NCBI GenBank assembly: GCA_965222605.1
Contig: OZ244960.1
Span: forward strand, 5,024,001-5,088,000
Origin: Candidatus Latescibacterota bacterium
GTDB taxonomy: Bacteria > Latescibacterota > UBA2968
Direction of reading: 5' to 3'
DNA length: 64,000 bases
Shown here: piece by piece, positions 17,705 to 27,443 of the stretch
Layout of the letters: each line of letters starts with the position of its first letter
Numbering within the stretch: position 1 is the first letter of the stretch
Position numbers and translations under genes: made by a program
The notes under the pieces: generated by a model
Seen by the model: the letters and a program-made list of their open reading frames with translations, nothing else
What the model was told of the DNA's origin: nothing
The model's database searches: none

Positions 17705-18790
17705 ATGTCCGATCATACCTGCTTTATCGTCGATAGCCACTTAGACCTCGCCTTTTGCGCCATTCAGGTCAACCGCGATCTCACGCAACCTGCAGCAACT
17801 GTGCGGGTACACGATTCGGAACCGACTACGCGCAGTTTTGGGTCGTGTACGACTACTTTTCCCGAGTTGCACAAGGGTCGCGTGGGGATTGTGTTTGGCA
17901 CGGTGATGTCGCGTATTGATTCCAATGATCGCTGGACGCGCACAGGGATGTGGGATCAGACGCAGTGTTATGGTATCGGGATGGGGCATTACGCCTTTTA
18001 TAAGGCGATGGAACGGCGGGGGATTATCCGGCAGATTCATACGATTGAGGATTTGGATGAATGCGTTGCGGCGTGGGCACGGCCTTCGGCAGATACTCCT
18101 ATCGGGTTGGTGCTGGCGATGGAAAGCGCGGATCCGATTCTCGATCCCGATCAGGTGTCCGAATGGCGCGATCTGGGCTTGAAAATGGTGAGTATTTCGC
18201 ATTATGGCGTAAGTTCTTATTGTCATGGAACAGGGACGGAGGGGGGATTGCTGGAGCGGGGCAGGCCATTGCTCGACGCGCTCAAAGCCGCGGGAATTAT
18301 TGTGGATTTGACACATACGACTGATCAGGCATTCTGGGAAATTCTCGATTATTACGACGGGCCGGTGGCTGCAAGCCATCACAATTGTCGGTCACTGACG
18401 CCGGGGCAGAGACAGTTGACAGATGATATGATCCTCGCAATTGTAGAACGCGGCGGGGTTATTGGTGCGGCTTTTGATGCGTGGATGCTCGATCCTGAGT
18501 GGACGCGCGCTGTGCCGTGTTATGAGCAGACCACAAAGGCAACGCTCGAGACAGTGGTCGATCACATCGATCATGTGTGTCAGCTTGCTGGCAATGCGAA
18601 TCATTCTGGTATTGGGACCGATCTCGATGGGGGATTTGGTCAAGAACAATCGCCGCGAGACTTAAATACAATTGCCGATTTGCAAAATCTGGTGCCCATT
18701 TTTGAACGGCGCGGATATTCACAAGAAGATATTCAGAAGGTGTTGTCGGGGAATTGGGTGCGGTTGTTGAAATCGGTGTGGGCAAGGTGA
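17705..18790 (+). CDS. Membrane dipeptidase (peptidase M19) family, paralog B
   Basis: VDSHLD, LAMESAD, DLTH, ASHHN.R, GTDLDGG; ATG 1 bp after the paralog A stop. Confidence 0.85.
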   Translation: MSDHTCFIVDSHLDLAFCAIQVNRDLTQPAATVRVHDSEPTTRSFGSCTTTFPELHKGRVGIVFGTVMSRIDSNDRWTRTGMWDQTQCYGIGMGHYAFYKAMERRGIIRQIHTIEDLDECVAAWARPSADTPIGLVLAMESADPILDPDQVSEWRDLGLKMVSISHYGVSSYCHGTGTEGGLLERGRPLLDALKAAGIIVDLTHTTDQAFWEILDYYDGPVAASHHNCRSLTPGQRQLTDDMILAIVERGGVIGAAFDAWMLDPEWTRAVPCYEQTTKATLETVVDHIDHVCQLAGNANHSGIGTDLDGGFGQEQSPRDLNTIADLQNLVPIFERRGYSQEDIQKVLSGNWVRLLKSVWAR

Positions 18791-18800
18791 GAGGAAAAAA

Positions 18801-20258
18801 ATGTCAGAGCGACCAAATTTGTTGTTGATTACAACAGATCAACAGCGTGGTGATTGCCTCGGGTGTGATGGACATCCGGCGCTGGAGACGCCATATCTCG
18901 ATGAATTGGCCGAGCAAGGGGCGCATTTCCCCCACGCATATACATCGGTGCCGTCGTGTACGCCTGCACGCGCGGGGATTCTCACGGGTATGGATCAATG
19001 GAATCACGGGCGATTGACAATGACGGGGGGGGATCCGCTGGAATATCCGGCGACATTGCCGGGAGAACTTGCAGCGGCGGGATATCACACGCAGGCCGTG
19101 GGCAAGATGCACCATGCCCCGCAGCGCAGGCTATACGGTTTTCACCACATGATGCTGGATGAAAGTGGACGGCGAGTAGGCAATTTCATCAGCGATTATC
19201 ACCTGTTTTTTGATCAGCACAAAGAAGGTGCTTACGGGTATCGGGATCACAGTATCGATTGGAATTCATGGATGGCGCGTCCCAGCCATCTGCCCGAGCA
19301 TTTGCATCCGACGCACTGGACGGCGAGTGAGGGGATTAAATTTTTGCAGCAGCGCGATCCGACCAAACCGTTTTTTATGTGGCTTTCATTTTCGCGTCCC
19401 CATTCGCCTTATGATGCGCCCCAGGCGTATTGGGATATGTATATCAATAATGACAATATCCCCAAAGCCGCTGTGGGAGACTGGGCGGCAGAGTTTGACA
19501 AAAAGATCGCAGATGTCAATGCGCCGCGTTCGCATCGTTCCGATGCCGAAACGCACAAGGGACGCGCGGGATATTACGGCAATATCACGTTTATCGATCA
19601 CCAGATTGGACGCGTGTTGTACGAGTTGCGCCGCCACGATCCGCATACATACCGCAATACCCTGATTATTTTTACATCTGATCACGGCGATATGATGGGC
19701 GATCATCACCACTGGCGAAAGACTTACGCTTACGAAGGGTCTGCGCGCATTCCGTTTATTGTGAAATATCCGGATACCTGGCGCGATGTGGCGCGAGGGG
19801 AGAAGTATGATCATCCGGTGGAGTTGCGCGATGTGATGCCCACATTGCTCGATGCTGCCGGGGTCGATATACCGGCATCTGTAGATGGACGGTCTCTTCT
19901 GGATATTGCGCGGGGAGATGATGGGGGATGGCGTGCGTTTGTGCAGGGCGAGCATACGACGTGTTATACAAGAGAACACGGGATGCAATATGTCACCGAT
20001 GGGCATGAAAAGTATATCTGGTTTCATCACACGGGAAAAGAACAGTTTTTTAATCTGGATGACGATCCGTTGGAATGCTGCGAATTGTCCAGAGACCCGG
20101 CTTATGAAGCGCGTATTGCAATGTGGCGCAGGCGATTGGCAGAGGTGAATGAAAATCGGGGCGATCCGAGGGGGCAAAATGGCGAACTCGTGCCGCAATT
20201 AGATGGCGCGCTGAGCCTGTCGCCAAATTATCATAGATGGAAAGACGCCGCACAATAA
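18801..20258 (+). CDS. Cys-type sulfatase (choline/arylsulfatase-like)
   Basis: PNLLLITTDQ, CTPAR formylglycine motif, GKMH, PHSPYD, SDHG. Confidence 0.92.
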   Translation: MSERPNLLLITTDQQRGDCLGCDGHPALETPYLDELAEQGAHFPHAYTSVPSCTPARAGILTGMDQWNHGRLTMTGGDPLEYPATLPGELAAAGYHTQAVGKMHHAPQRRLYGFHHMMLDESGRRVGNFISDYHLFFDQHKEGAYGYRDHSIDWNSWMARPSHLPEHLHPTHWTASEGIKFLQQRDPTKPFFMWLSFSRPHSPYDAPQAYWDMYINNDNIPKAAVGDWAAEFDKKIADVNAPRSHRSDAETHKGRAGYYGNITFIDHQIGRVLYELRRHDPHTYRNTLIIFTSDHGDMMGDHHHWRKTYAYEGSARIPFIVKYPDTWRDVARGEKYDHPVELRDVMPTLLDAAGVDIPASVDGRSLLDIARGDDGGWRAFVQGEHTTCYTREHGMQYVTDGHEKYIWFHHTGKEQFFNLDDDPLECCELSRDPAYEARIAMWRRRLAEVNENRGDPRGQNGELVPQLDGALSLSPNYHRWKDAAQ

Positions 20259-20271
20259 ATGTGAGGATGCT

Positions 20272-20742
20272 ATGGCCCCAAAATACTGGCTTGTAAAGTG
20301 CGAATACGATGTGTGCTCTTTTGAAGAGTTGAGCAATCGGCCCAGTGGGATTGGGTACTGGCGAGGTGTGCGCAATTATCAGGCGCGCAATTTTATCCGC
20401 GACGAAATGCAAAAAGGCGATCAGGCGCTTTTCTATCAGTCGAATTGTAAAAATCCCGGTATTGCTGGTATTACCAATATTGTGCGTGCGGGGTATCCCG
20501 ATCCCTCTCAATTTGATGCGCAGCATGAGTACTACGACGAGAAGTCCTCCAAAGAAGATCCACGCTGGTTTTCTTTTGATGTGCAATGGTCAAAAGCATT
20601 TGAGCCTTATGTCAGTCTGCAAGACCTCAAGAGCAATCCCAAGCTCAAAGATATGAAGGTGGTTCAGCGCGGGCAGCGGTTGTCAATTCAGCCGGTGACA
20701 AAGGGGGAGTTTGATATTGTGTGCGAGATGGGCGGGCTTTGA
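20272..20742 (+). CDS. EVE domain protein
   Basis: YWLVKCE, WRGVRNYQARNF, GDQALFYQS, RLSIQPV. Confidence 0.92.
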   Translation: MAPKYWLVKCEYDVCSFEELSNRPSGIGYWRGVRNYQARNFIRDEMQKGDQALFYQSNCKNPGIAGITNIVRAGYPDPSQFDAQHEYYDEKSSKEDPRWFSFDVQWSKAFEPYVSLQDLKSNPKLKDMKVVQRGQRLSIQPVTKGEFDIVCEMGGL

Positions 20743-20942
20743 TATTTGGAAGGAAGCCAAACTACTGTGAAAGGGAAATAGAATTCCCCGTTTTAGTGGA
20801 GTATTTAGGGCTTGGGTTTCAAGCCTGTGATTGGCGACGATTATGAATAGCGTATGGGGATTGCCTATACGAGCTATTTCACACATCAAGGCGGTGTGGG
20901 CATGAATTTATGCACACCCCTCATATAAATGGAGGCAATAAC

Positions 20943-21128
20943 ATGGCGAGTACAATTCATCTGTCTCCCGAAGCTGAGCAACGAATTGATTTCCTGGTGT
21001 CGAAAACAGGGCGAACCAAGGCTTTCTTTCTCGGGGAGATTATTAAACGCGGCCTTGAAGATGTAGAGGATTATTATCTTGCAGCAGACTTACTGGAAGG
21101 CGTCCGAAAAGACACGGAAGCGGTGTAA
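20943..21128 (+). pseudogene. RelB/TraY-like ribbon-helix-helix antitoxin, C-terminally truncated, no toxin partner
   Basis: IHLSPEAEQRIDFL..TGRTKAFFL.EII..GLEDVEDYYLA; the frame continues past the TAA (SDVEVRRALD); no RelE ORF follows. Confidence 0.65.
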
Positions 21129-21287
21129 TCAGATGTTGAAGTGAGACGAGCACTTGACCATTCAGTTTGATTTAGTTGAACAGGAAGAAATTCTCGCGCA
21201 CTTGAAATTGCTATAATAGTTCAGGTTGATGGTATTGCGTCTAAGGACATTAAAATGATCCTTCCTTTGCCTACCCAATCTCTGATT

Positions 21288-21334
21288 AAAAAAAAGAAAC
21301 CCCCGCTTGGAATGACCCTGGCGGGGGTTCTTTT
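21288..21334. terminator. Bidirectional Rho-independent terminator
   Basis: A-tract, AACCCCCGC/GCGGGGGTT stem, T-tract, between convergent genes. Confidence 0.7.
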
Positions 21335-21352
21335 GGCTGTGTGAAGGGGCGA

Positions 21353-22672
21353 TCACGTCACGACAGGTGCCATACCCGGTTCGCCCGCGTGGTAGGACGC
21401 CAGGCACCAGGGATCTCGGGTTTCTTTTCGGAAGGTGCGAACCTTTTGTCGCATGGCTTCGGCTATGTCACGAATCGCGGGATCGTCGATGATGTTGGTG
21501 GATTCCATGGGATCGTTTTCGATATCGAAAAGGGCTTCGGCATCCTGGTGCAGAAATTTTTCCGTGCGGCGTTTGCCCATTTCCAAATTTTCTTTGCGAA
21601 TGGCCTGCCAGGTGGGCGAGGCCCACAGGTCACTGGGCAAAGGGGTGGTGATTTCGGGATAGAGATTGCGCACGTATTTGTATTTGCGACCGCGCAGAAC
21701 GCGGTAGGGATAGTAGTTGGTGACCTCGTGGAAGGTGTGGGAAAAGAAGGTTTCGTCAAATCCCTCGGGATGTGCCTGGTCGAGGATGGGGACGAGGGAT
21801 TTTTCGGGCAAACCTTCAGGGGGGGCAACGCCGCACCATTCAAAGACGGTGGGGGCGATGTTGTTCCAGTTGACGAGGGCGTCGCTGACAACGGCTTCGG
21901 CATTTGGACGCGCAATGATGAGTGGGCAGTGATGGCCCGTGTCAAAAGAAGAGGCTTTGCCGCCGGGAAAGGGCATGCCGTGGTCGCTCATGACGATGAT
22001 CATGGTGTCATCGGCCCGGCCAGCGTCTTGAAGTGCCTGCACGGCCATGCCTATGCCGGTGTCGAGGCGAGAGACGGATTGGTAGTATTCGGCAAATTCT
22101 CGTCGAACATCTGGATGGTCGGGCAGAAAATCGGGAACGATGACTTCTTCGGGAGAATACGTGACTTCGGGAACGCCGGGATAGGTTTGTTTGTTGCCGA
22201 AGTCACGGTGGGGATCGGAATAACCGACGTGTAGATAGAATGGCTGGTCGCTGTCAATGGTTTCAAAGAATTTTGAGATGTTGTCTGCAATACCGCGCAC
22301 ATTGCGCCCACCACCGGTTTCGTAGTTCCAGGGATAGACAGATTCGGGTTGTACGTGGAGTTTGCCGACAACGCCGGTTGTGAATCCGGCGGATTGTAGG
22401 GTTTTGGGAATTGACGGCATGTTGAGTTGCGTGTGGAAATTGTGGATGCTGTGCGAGTGGCCGTATTGCCCGTGCGTGTGGCTGTAGTGACCGGTGAGCA
22501 GGTTGGCGCGACTGGCTGCACACGATGGGGTGGTGCAAAAGGCGTGCTTAAATAAGGTGCCTCGCGCGGCAAGTGCATCTACGCTGGGCATTTTGATGAC
22601 ATTATTGCCATAACATCCGGCTATGGGACTCCAATCGTCGGCAATGAGTAAGAGGACGTTGCGATAGGACAT
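21353..22672 (-). CDS. Cys-type sulfatase (N-sulfoglucosamine sulfohydrolase-like)
   Basis: LLLIADD, CAASR, GKLHV, DPHR, SDHGMPFP, YPYRVLR. Confidence 0.88.
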   Translation of the reverse strand: MSYRNVLLLIADDWSPIAGCYGNNVIKMPSVDALAARGTLFKHAFCTTPSCAASRANLLTGHYSHTHGQYGHSHSIHNFHTQLNMPSIPKTLQSAGFTTGVVGKLHVQPESVYPWNYETGGGRNVRGIADNISKFFETIDSDQPFYLHVGYSDPHRDFGNKQTYPGVPEVTYSPEEVIVPDFLPDHPDVRREFAEYYQSVSRLDTGIGMAVQALQDAGRADDTMIIVMSDHGMPFPGGKASSFDTGHHCPLIIARPNAEAVVSDALVNWNNIAPTVFEWCGVAPPEGLPEKSLVPILDQAHPEGFDETFFSHTFHEVTNYYPYRVLRGRKYKYVRNLYPEITTPLPSDLWASPTWQAIRKENLEMGKRRTEKFLHQDAEALFDIENDPMESTNIIDDPAIRDIAEAMRQKVRTFRKETRDPWCLASYHAGEPGMAPVVT

Positions 22673-22683
22673 AAGATCTCCTT

Positions 22684-24000
22684 TTAATTCCTTATTGAAC
22701 TGTTGTCGCGTTTTCTCTCATCGGTTATTTGTTCGAGCATTTGATGCACGCGGTCGGCTTGTGTGGTTGTTATATTTGTCGTTTCGTAAGGATCGGAACC
22801 GATGTGAAAGAGTTTGGTTTCTTCGGGGGTTTGGCCTTCTTCGTAGATCAATTTCCAATTGCCCGTTCGCATGCCAAAGGATGATCCTTTAAAGTTCCAG
22901 AAGATAGACCGTTCTTTGGGTATGGCGATGTCGCCTGTGAGCAGGGGCCAGATGTCCTGACCATCCCATTGGGGATCGCTGTTGGGCGTGTACCCGATGA
23001 GATTGGTCAGGGTTGGCATCCAATCGGTTATGTGCAGGGGGTGAAAGCATTTGCCGGGTTGCAGATGAAAAGGCCAATTGATCAGAGAAGGGGTGCGGAT
23101 ACCGCCTTCGTAGAGTTGAGATTTTTGACCTCGTAGGGGCAAATTGCAGCCCAGGCGCGGCATTTCTTCGTGGCGGCCCGGGTATTTGTCCGTGTCGTGA
23201 AGTGGGCCAGCAGGGATGGCGCCGTTGTCCGATGAGAAGATGATGATGGTGTTTTCGCGCTGGCAGGTGCGGGCAAGGGTTTCGACGAGTTGGCCGATGG
23301 CGTGATCCATCTGGCTGGCGTAGGCGGCATAGGTTTTGAATGAGCGGTCTTTGTTGTCGTCGGGATCGTAGCGTCGGTCTGAATAGCGGTCTATCCAGTG
23401 TTGCGGAGCTTTGATGGGGGTGTGAACAGCGGTGAAAGGGACATAGCAAAACCAGGGGCCTGTTTGCGCTTCGATCCACTGGGTGGCTTCACGAGCGATG
23501 AGGTCGGTGACGTGACCGCGCTCTTCGATGAGTTCGCCATTGCGGTGCCAGGTGACGCTGTAAGGACCTGATTTGTAGCGATGGTTATACGGGTCAACGC
23601 CGCCGGCAAGGCTTCCATAACTGGTATTGAAACCAAATTGGTTAGGACCGTATTCGGGAGAAGATCCCAGATGCCATTTTCCAAAGAGGCCGGTTTCATA
23701 GCCTGCATTGCGGAAGGAGGAGGCCAGTGTTTCATAGCCATCTGGGAGGACGGGGGCATTGGATGGGACGGTGGCGTGGCGTCCAAAACGACCGGGATGG
23801 CGGCCCGTTAGCAGGCAGGTGCGGGTTGGGGTACACATGGGACAGACGTAGTGCTGGTCGAGTTCGACCCCCGTGGTCGCAAGGCGGTCGATGTTGGGCG
23901 TGCGAATGTGTGAGCCGTGATAGCTGACGTCACCCCAGCCCATGTCGTCGGCGAGGATGAAGAGGATGTTGGGTTTTTCAATTTTTCCAGATTTGGCCAT
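22684..24000 (-). CDS. Cys-type arylsulfatase (ArsB-like)
   Basis: PNILFILADD, CTPTR, GKWHLG, SDNG, YEGGIR. Confidence 0.92.
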   Translation of the reverse strand: MAKSGKIEKPNILFILADDMGWGDVSYHGSHIRTPNIDRLATTGVELDQHYVCPMCTPTRTCLLTGRHPGRFGRHATVPSNAPVLPDGYETLASSFRNAGYETGLFGKWHLGSSPEYGPNQFGFNTSYGSLAGGVDPYNHRYKSGPYSVTWHRNGELIEERGHVTDLIAREATQWIEAQTGPWFCYVPFTAVHTPIKAPQHWIDRYSDRRYDPDDNKDRSFKTYAAYASQMDHAIGQLVETLARTCQRENTIIIFSSDNGAIPAGPLHDTDKYPGRHEEMPRLGCNLPLRGQKSQLYEGGIRTPSLINWPFHLQPGKCFHPLHITDWMPTLTNLIGYTPNSDPQWDGQDIWPLLTGDIAIPKERSIFWNFKGSSFGMRTGNWKLIYEEGQTPEETKLFHIGSDPYETTNITTTQADRVHQMLEQITDERKRDNSSIRN

Positions 24001-24027
24001 GGTAGGTTTCCTGTTAAATTATAATAT

Positions 24028-24432
24028 CTACTGTCTGATTTTGCCGTTTTCCCTGTGTTTCGCATACCACAATAATAGGATTATGATTGCGACACCTGTG
24101 CCATCCCACACCACATCGGTCCAGGTGCCGGTGCGACTGGGTACAAAGGATTGGTGGTATTCGTCCAATATCGCATAGAGAATGGATATCAGGATGCTCC
24201 ACAATACACAGGAAGTAAATCGGTTGAACTGGTTTGTCCATAGAGACCGAAAACACAAATAGGTCAGAATAGCATATTCTGCTATGTGTGCGAATTTGCG
24301 TACGGCATGGTGTATTCGTTCACTAAAAAAGAAAAATTTTTCGGTATTCTCGAACGATAGCAAGCCACTTGAACCAAAAAAAATTAAGAGTAGCCAGCAA
24401 AACAGGGCGATGCGCCAATGCGTTGTTGTCAT
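24028..24432 (-). CDS. VanZ family membrane protein
   Basis: RKFAHIAEYAIL, YAILDEYHQSFVPSR.G...DV..D; start could instead be GTG 24444. Confidence 0.88.
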   Translation of the reverse strand: MTTTHWRIALFCWLLLIFFGSSGLLSFENTEKFFFFSERIHHAVRKFAHIAEYAILTYLCFRSLWTNQFNRFTSCVLWSILISILYAILDEYHQSFVPSRTGTWTDVVWDGTGVAIIILLLWYAKHRENGKIRQ

Positions 24433-24451
24433 GAGTTTTTTCACTGGAAAA

Positions 24452-24476
24452 GTCGGGAAAGGGATTTCCCTCCTAC
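24452..24476 (-). repeat. GTAG-family REP-like palindrome
   Basis: Minus strand GTAGGAGGGAAATCCCTTTCCCGAC; near-identical copy at 35390-35414. Confidence 0.7.
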
Positions 24477-25216
24477 TGGTTTACCGTCTTGAGGGCTTGT
24501 ATCGCGTCGGCGGTAGCGTCGATGACGTGGGCACCCGAGGGCACGATAAATTCAAACCATTTGTCTTTCAAGTCTGGGTTGATGGTCAAATTGTGAAAGG
24601 TCTGCGTGATGATCTCATTGTTTTCGGCATCAAAAAGGCCAACTCGGCGCAACAGGCCATCTTTGGGATTGACGAGCAATTGTGCTTTGACAGGGGGGTT
24701 AGGCAGTTGTGCATGTAAGAGATTGACTTTGGCTTTGGCTTCAAAGACGCGGTGGGGGTGCTCTTCAAATATTTCGTCTGCGGTGTAGCGAATGCTCGTC
24801 CATTCCAGACCTCTAAAGGGACGCAAGGGATCGGCCTGGTCTGCATCGGCTTCGAGGTTGGTGATGCGATAGACGCGCCCCAGGTTCACTTTGGAGACGA
24901 TTTTTTCTTCGCGGTCATAGGTCCACATCAATCCGCCATCAGACAGGCGTTGTGAAATAATTACTTGATCTTGCACAGTATCGAGACGCATCAGATTGGG
25001 GCGCTTAAAGGTTGCGCTGGCATTGAGCGTCAGTTCTTGATCCATAACGCGAATGACGGTCGTTTGTTCGGCCTTACAGGTGGCGATTTCTCTGGCATTT
25101 TTTTGAATTTCGACCATTATTTCATCGGTTTTACTATCTCCTGTTGACATTTTGTTTTTGTTTTCCGCGCTGACCTGAGCTGTGAGGATCAGCATTGCGA
25201 TCACCCAGCGTTTCAT
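24473..25216 (-). CDS. LolA-like outer-membrane lipoprotein carrier fold protein
   Basis: Signal peptide; FKRPNLMR, SDGGLMWTYD, INPDL...FEF.VP.GA.VID. Confidence 0.7.
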   Translation of the reverse strand: MKRWVIAMLILTAQVSAENKNKMSTGDSKTDEIMVEIQKNAREIATCKAEQTTVIRVMDQELTLNASATFKRPNLMRLDTVQDQVIISQRLSDGGLMWTYDREEKIVSKVNLGRVYRITNLEADADQADPLRPFRGLEWTSIRYTADEIFEEHPHRVFEAKAKVNLLHAQLPNPPVKAQLLVNPKDGLLRRVGLFDAENNEIITQTFHNLTINPDLKDKWFEFIVPSGAHVIDATADAIQALKTVNQ

Positions 25217-25228
25217 AACTTGCTCCTT

Positions 25229-25825
25229 ATGAGAAATTTTATTCTTCGCGCTCGCAAAGGCCCGACCACCCCCGATTTTTCACTGGATGACCTGTGCAAG
25301 GTTGGACGATTGGAGATTGTGGCGCATTGTTTGGCTAACGCGCTTTTTTATTCTCAAAATATACGAACCGATACTGTTGTACATCTCGTCTTTGATGGGC
25401 CTTCGGACCCGCCGAAAACCGTGCGCTTTGAAAGCGATCATCTAACCTATTTGGGTGGGTTTGATGAACGCACTTTGGCAGGAGTGGTGCAAAAAGCACT
25501 ATCTGCTGGCAAAGGTTTGTCATTGGGCGAAGAGCGACAGGTTGATAACGGTCTTTTTGTGGCGAAAAAGGGATTTGAACGCGTTGTGCAAGATCGCACG
25601 GAATCGCTCTATGTACTCGAGCGCAGGGGTGCTGATATTCGCACGGTGACATTTCCTCAGGATGTGACGTTTGTTTTTTCAGACCATCTCACAATGCCAA
25701 AAAAAACGGCTAAGTATTTGCGCCGCCTCGGTGCCAAACCGATTTGCGTGGGTCCCAGAATGTTGTTTGCTTCTCAGTGTATTGTGTTGCTACACAATGA
25801 GTTGGACCGGCAGGATGTTTGGTAA
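25229..25825 (+). CDS. trmY: tRNA (pseudouridine(54)-N1)-methyltransferase TrmY (SPOUT)
   Basis: MRNFILRAR, GRLEIVAHC..NALF.S..IR.D, FVFSDH..MP, GP.MLFASQCIVLLHNELD. Confidence 0.85.
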   Translation: MRNFILRARKGPTTPDFSLDDLCKVGRLEIVAHCLANALFYSQNIRTDTVVHLVFDGPSDPPKTVRFESDHLTYLGGFDERTLAGVVQKALSAGKGLSLGEERQVDNGLFVAKKGFERVVQDRTESLYVLERRGADIRTVTFPQDVTFVFSDHLTMPKKTAKYLRRLGAKPICVGPRMLFASQCIVLLHNELDRQDVW

Positions 25826-25834
25826 AGTGATTTG

Positions 25835-26329
25835 CTAAAAGAGTTTGAATGTCGCGCCGATGTGTCCGGAAAATCCACTGACAACATCATTTTGATCTTC
25901 GACAAATTTGATCCTGGCAAATAGCCCGAGTTTTTCACCTATTGGAAATTTGTATCCCAATTCCCCACCTATAAAACGACCAGAAGTACCATCCGATAGT
26001 ACAAGTCCAATACTCGGCCCAAAAAACAGCTTGTGGGTTTCAACGTCACGCATGCCAATCGCATAATTGAGACTCGTGCCCAGGGTATGCATCATCGGGC
26101 TGGCAAAACTTATGTCGTAAAACGGCGCGAATATGAATGGTCCAGGCAGGTTGACATGGACAGAGGTGTGCAGGGCAATCCCGCCGGCTGAATCAAAACG
26201 CTGGCGAATACTGTCGTTCCACATAAAGCCCCCACCCAGGTTTACGCCGTCGATAAATGCCGCATCGGCAGTGCCCATATTAGAAGACAATACACATATC
26301 GCGAGACAAAAACTTTTTAGAATCTTCAC
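25835..26329 (-). CDS. Small outer-membrane beta-barrel protein
   Basis: AAGGAGG SD before GTG 26329; signal peptide; amphipathic strands; C-terminal Phe. Confidence 0.6.
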   Translation of the reverse strand: MKILKSFCLAICVLSSNMGTADAAFIDGVNLGGGFMWNDSIRQRFDSAGGIALHTSVHVNLPGPFIFAPFYDISFASPMMHTLGTSLNYAIGMRDVETHKLFFGPSIGLVLSDGTSGRFIGGELGYKFPIGEKLGLFARIKFVEDQNDVVSGFSGHIGATFKLF

Positions 26330-26378
26330 AAAACCTCCTTCACAGTTTTCATTTTCTATACTTAAATCGAGTCCCAGA

Positions 26379-27443
26379 TTACACGTATCGTTCGCCCAAT
26401 GCCGCGACCACATCTTTTACGCGCTGAGAGCCATCGCGGGGTACAATAAGCAGGGCATCGCCCGTATCGACTACGATTAAATTCTCGACATCGACCAGTG
26501 CGATTACTTTGTCTTTATTGCTATAAACCGTTGTGTTTTTTGCATTGAGCGATAATACATTGCCATGCAGTACATTGCCATTTTCATCTACGGGCAAGAC
26601 ATCTGTCAAAGCACCCCACGCGCCAATATCGCTCCAATCGATATCTGCTTCTAAGGTCGCAATATCTGACGCGCGTTCGATGATCGCATGATCAATAGCG
26701 ATGTTTTTCATCTGAGGATAGACCGAGGCAATGACGTCTGCTTCTCGTCCCACTTTGACAGCAGTGCCAATTTGTTCGAGCAGGGCATACATCTCGGGTT
26801 CAAATTTTGCAAAAAGATCCAGCATTGTTCTGGCTTTCCACACAAACATATTGCTATTCCACAGATATTGACCGCTCTCCAGGTATGCTTTTGCAGCCGC
26901 TGAATCGGGTTTTTCTTTAAATGATTCTACGGCATAAACTGGTTCGTTGTTCACTTTCGCAATTACATCGCCCTTTTGTATATATCCAAAGCCCGTGTCT
27001 GAGCGTGTTGGTTTTACACCGAGTACAAACAGGGTCTCGGCGCGATCCTCCAGCGCGTCTTCTGCTACTTTGAGCAACCGACAAAATTCCTCTGGCTTGC
27101 CAATATGGTGATCAGAACCCAAACTCGCAATTGTACACCCGGGAAAACGGGCTTCCAACAAGGCGCACTCAAGCCCCACTGCAGGTCCTGTGTTGCGAAG
27201 TGTTGGTTCTACAATCGCGTTTTCGGTAGGTAATTCGGGCAGTTGTTCTCGAACACTATGCAATAGTTTAACGCCGGTAGATACAAAAAGATTATCCATT
27301 TTTGCCAGCGAATGGAGGCGATTTACCGCCTCCTGCAACATCGTGTGTTCACCCGTTAAAGCGTGAAATTGTTTGGGCTTGCTCTTGCGGCTCAAAGGCC
27401 ATAGCCGCGTGCCAACACCACCCGCGCGAATTACAAATTTCAT
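26379..27443 (-). CDS. manC: Mannose-1-phosphate guanylyltransferase
   Basis: AGGVGTRLWPLSR..PKQF, EP..RNTGPA, SDH, F.EKP, WNSNMF, IDHAI.E, WSDIGAW. Confidence 0.88.
   Translation of the reverse strand: MKFVIRAGGVGTRLWPLSRKSKPKQFHALTGEHTMLQEAVNRLHSLAKMDNLFVSTGVKLLHSVREQLPELPTENAIVEPTLRNTGPAVGLECALLEARFPGCTIASLGSDHHIGKPEEFCRLLKVAEDALEDRAETLFVLGVKPTRSDTGFGYIQKGDVIAKVNNEPVYAVESFKEKPDSAAAKAYLESGQYLWNSNMFVWKARTMLDLFAKFEPEMYALLEQIGTAVKVGREADVIASVYPQMKNIAIDHAIIERASDIATLEADIDWSDIGAWGALTDVLPVDENGNVLHGNVLSLNAKNTTVYSNKDKVIALVDVENLIVVDTGDALLIVPRDGSQRVKDVVAALGERYV

Noticed and set aside
20272-20742. EVE domain as the modified-base reader for GmrSD
   Set aside because: Stand-alone, typical EVE protein about 34 kb away from GmrSD; no linkage evidence
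21126-21128. Programmed readthrough (selenocysteine/pyrrolysine) in the antitoxin
   Set aside because: The stop is TAA, not TGA or TAG; a nonsense mutation is simpler
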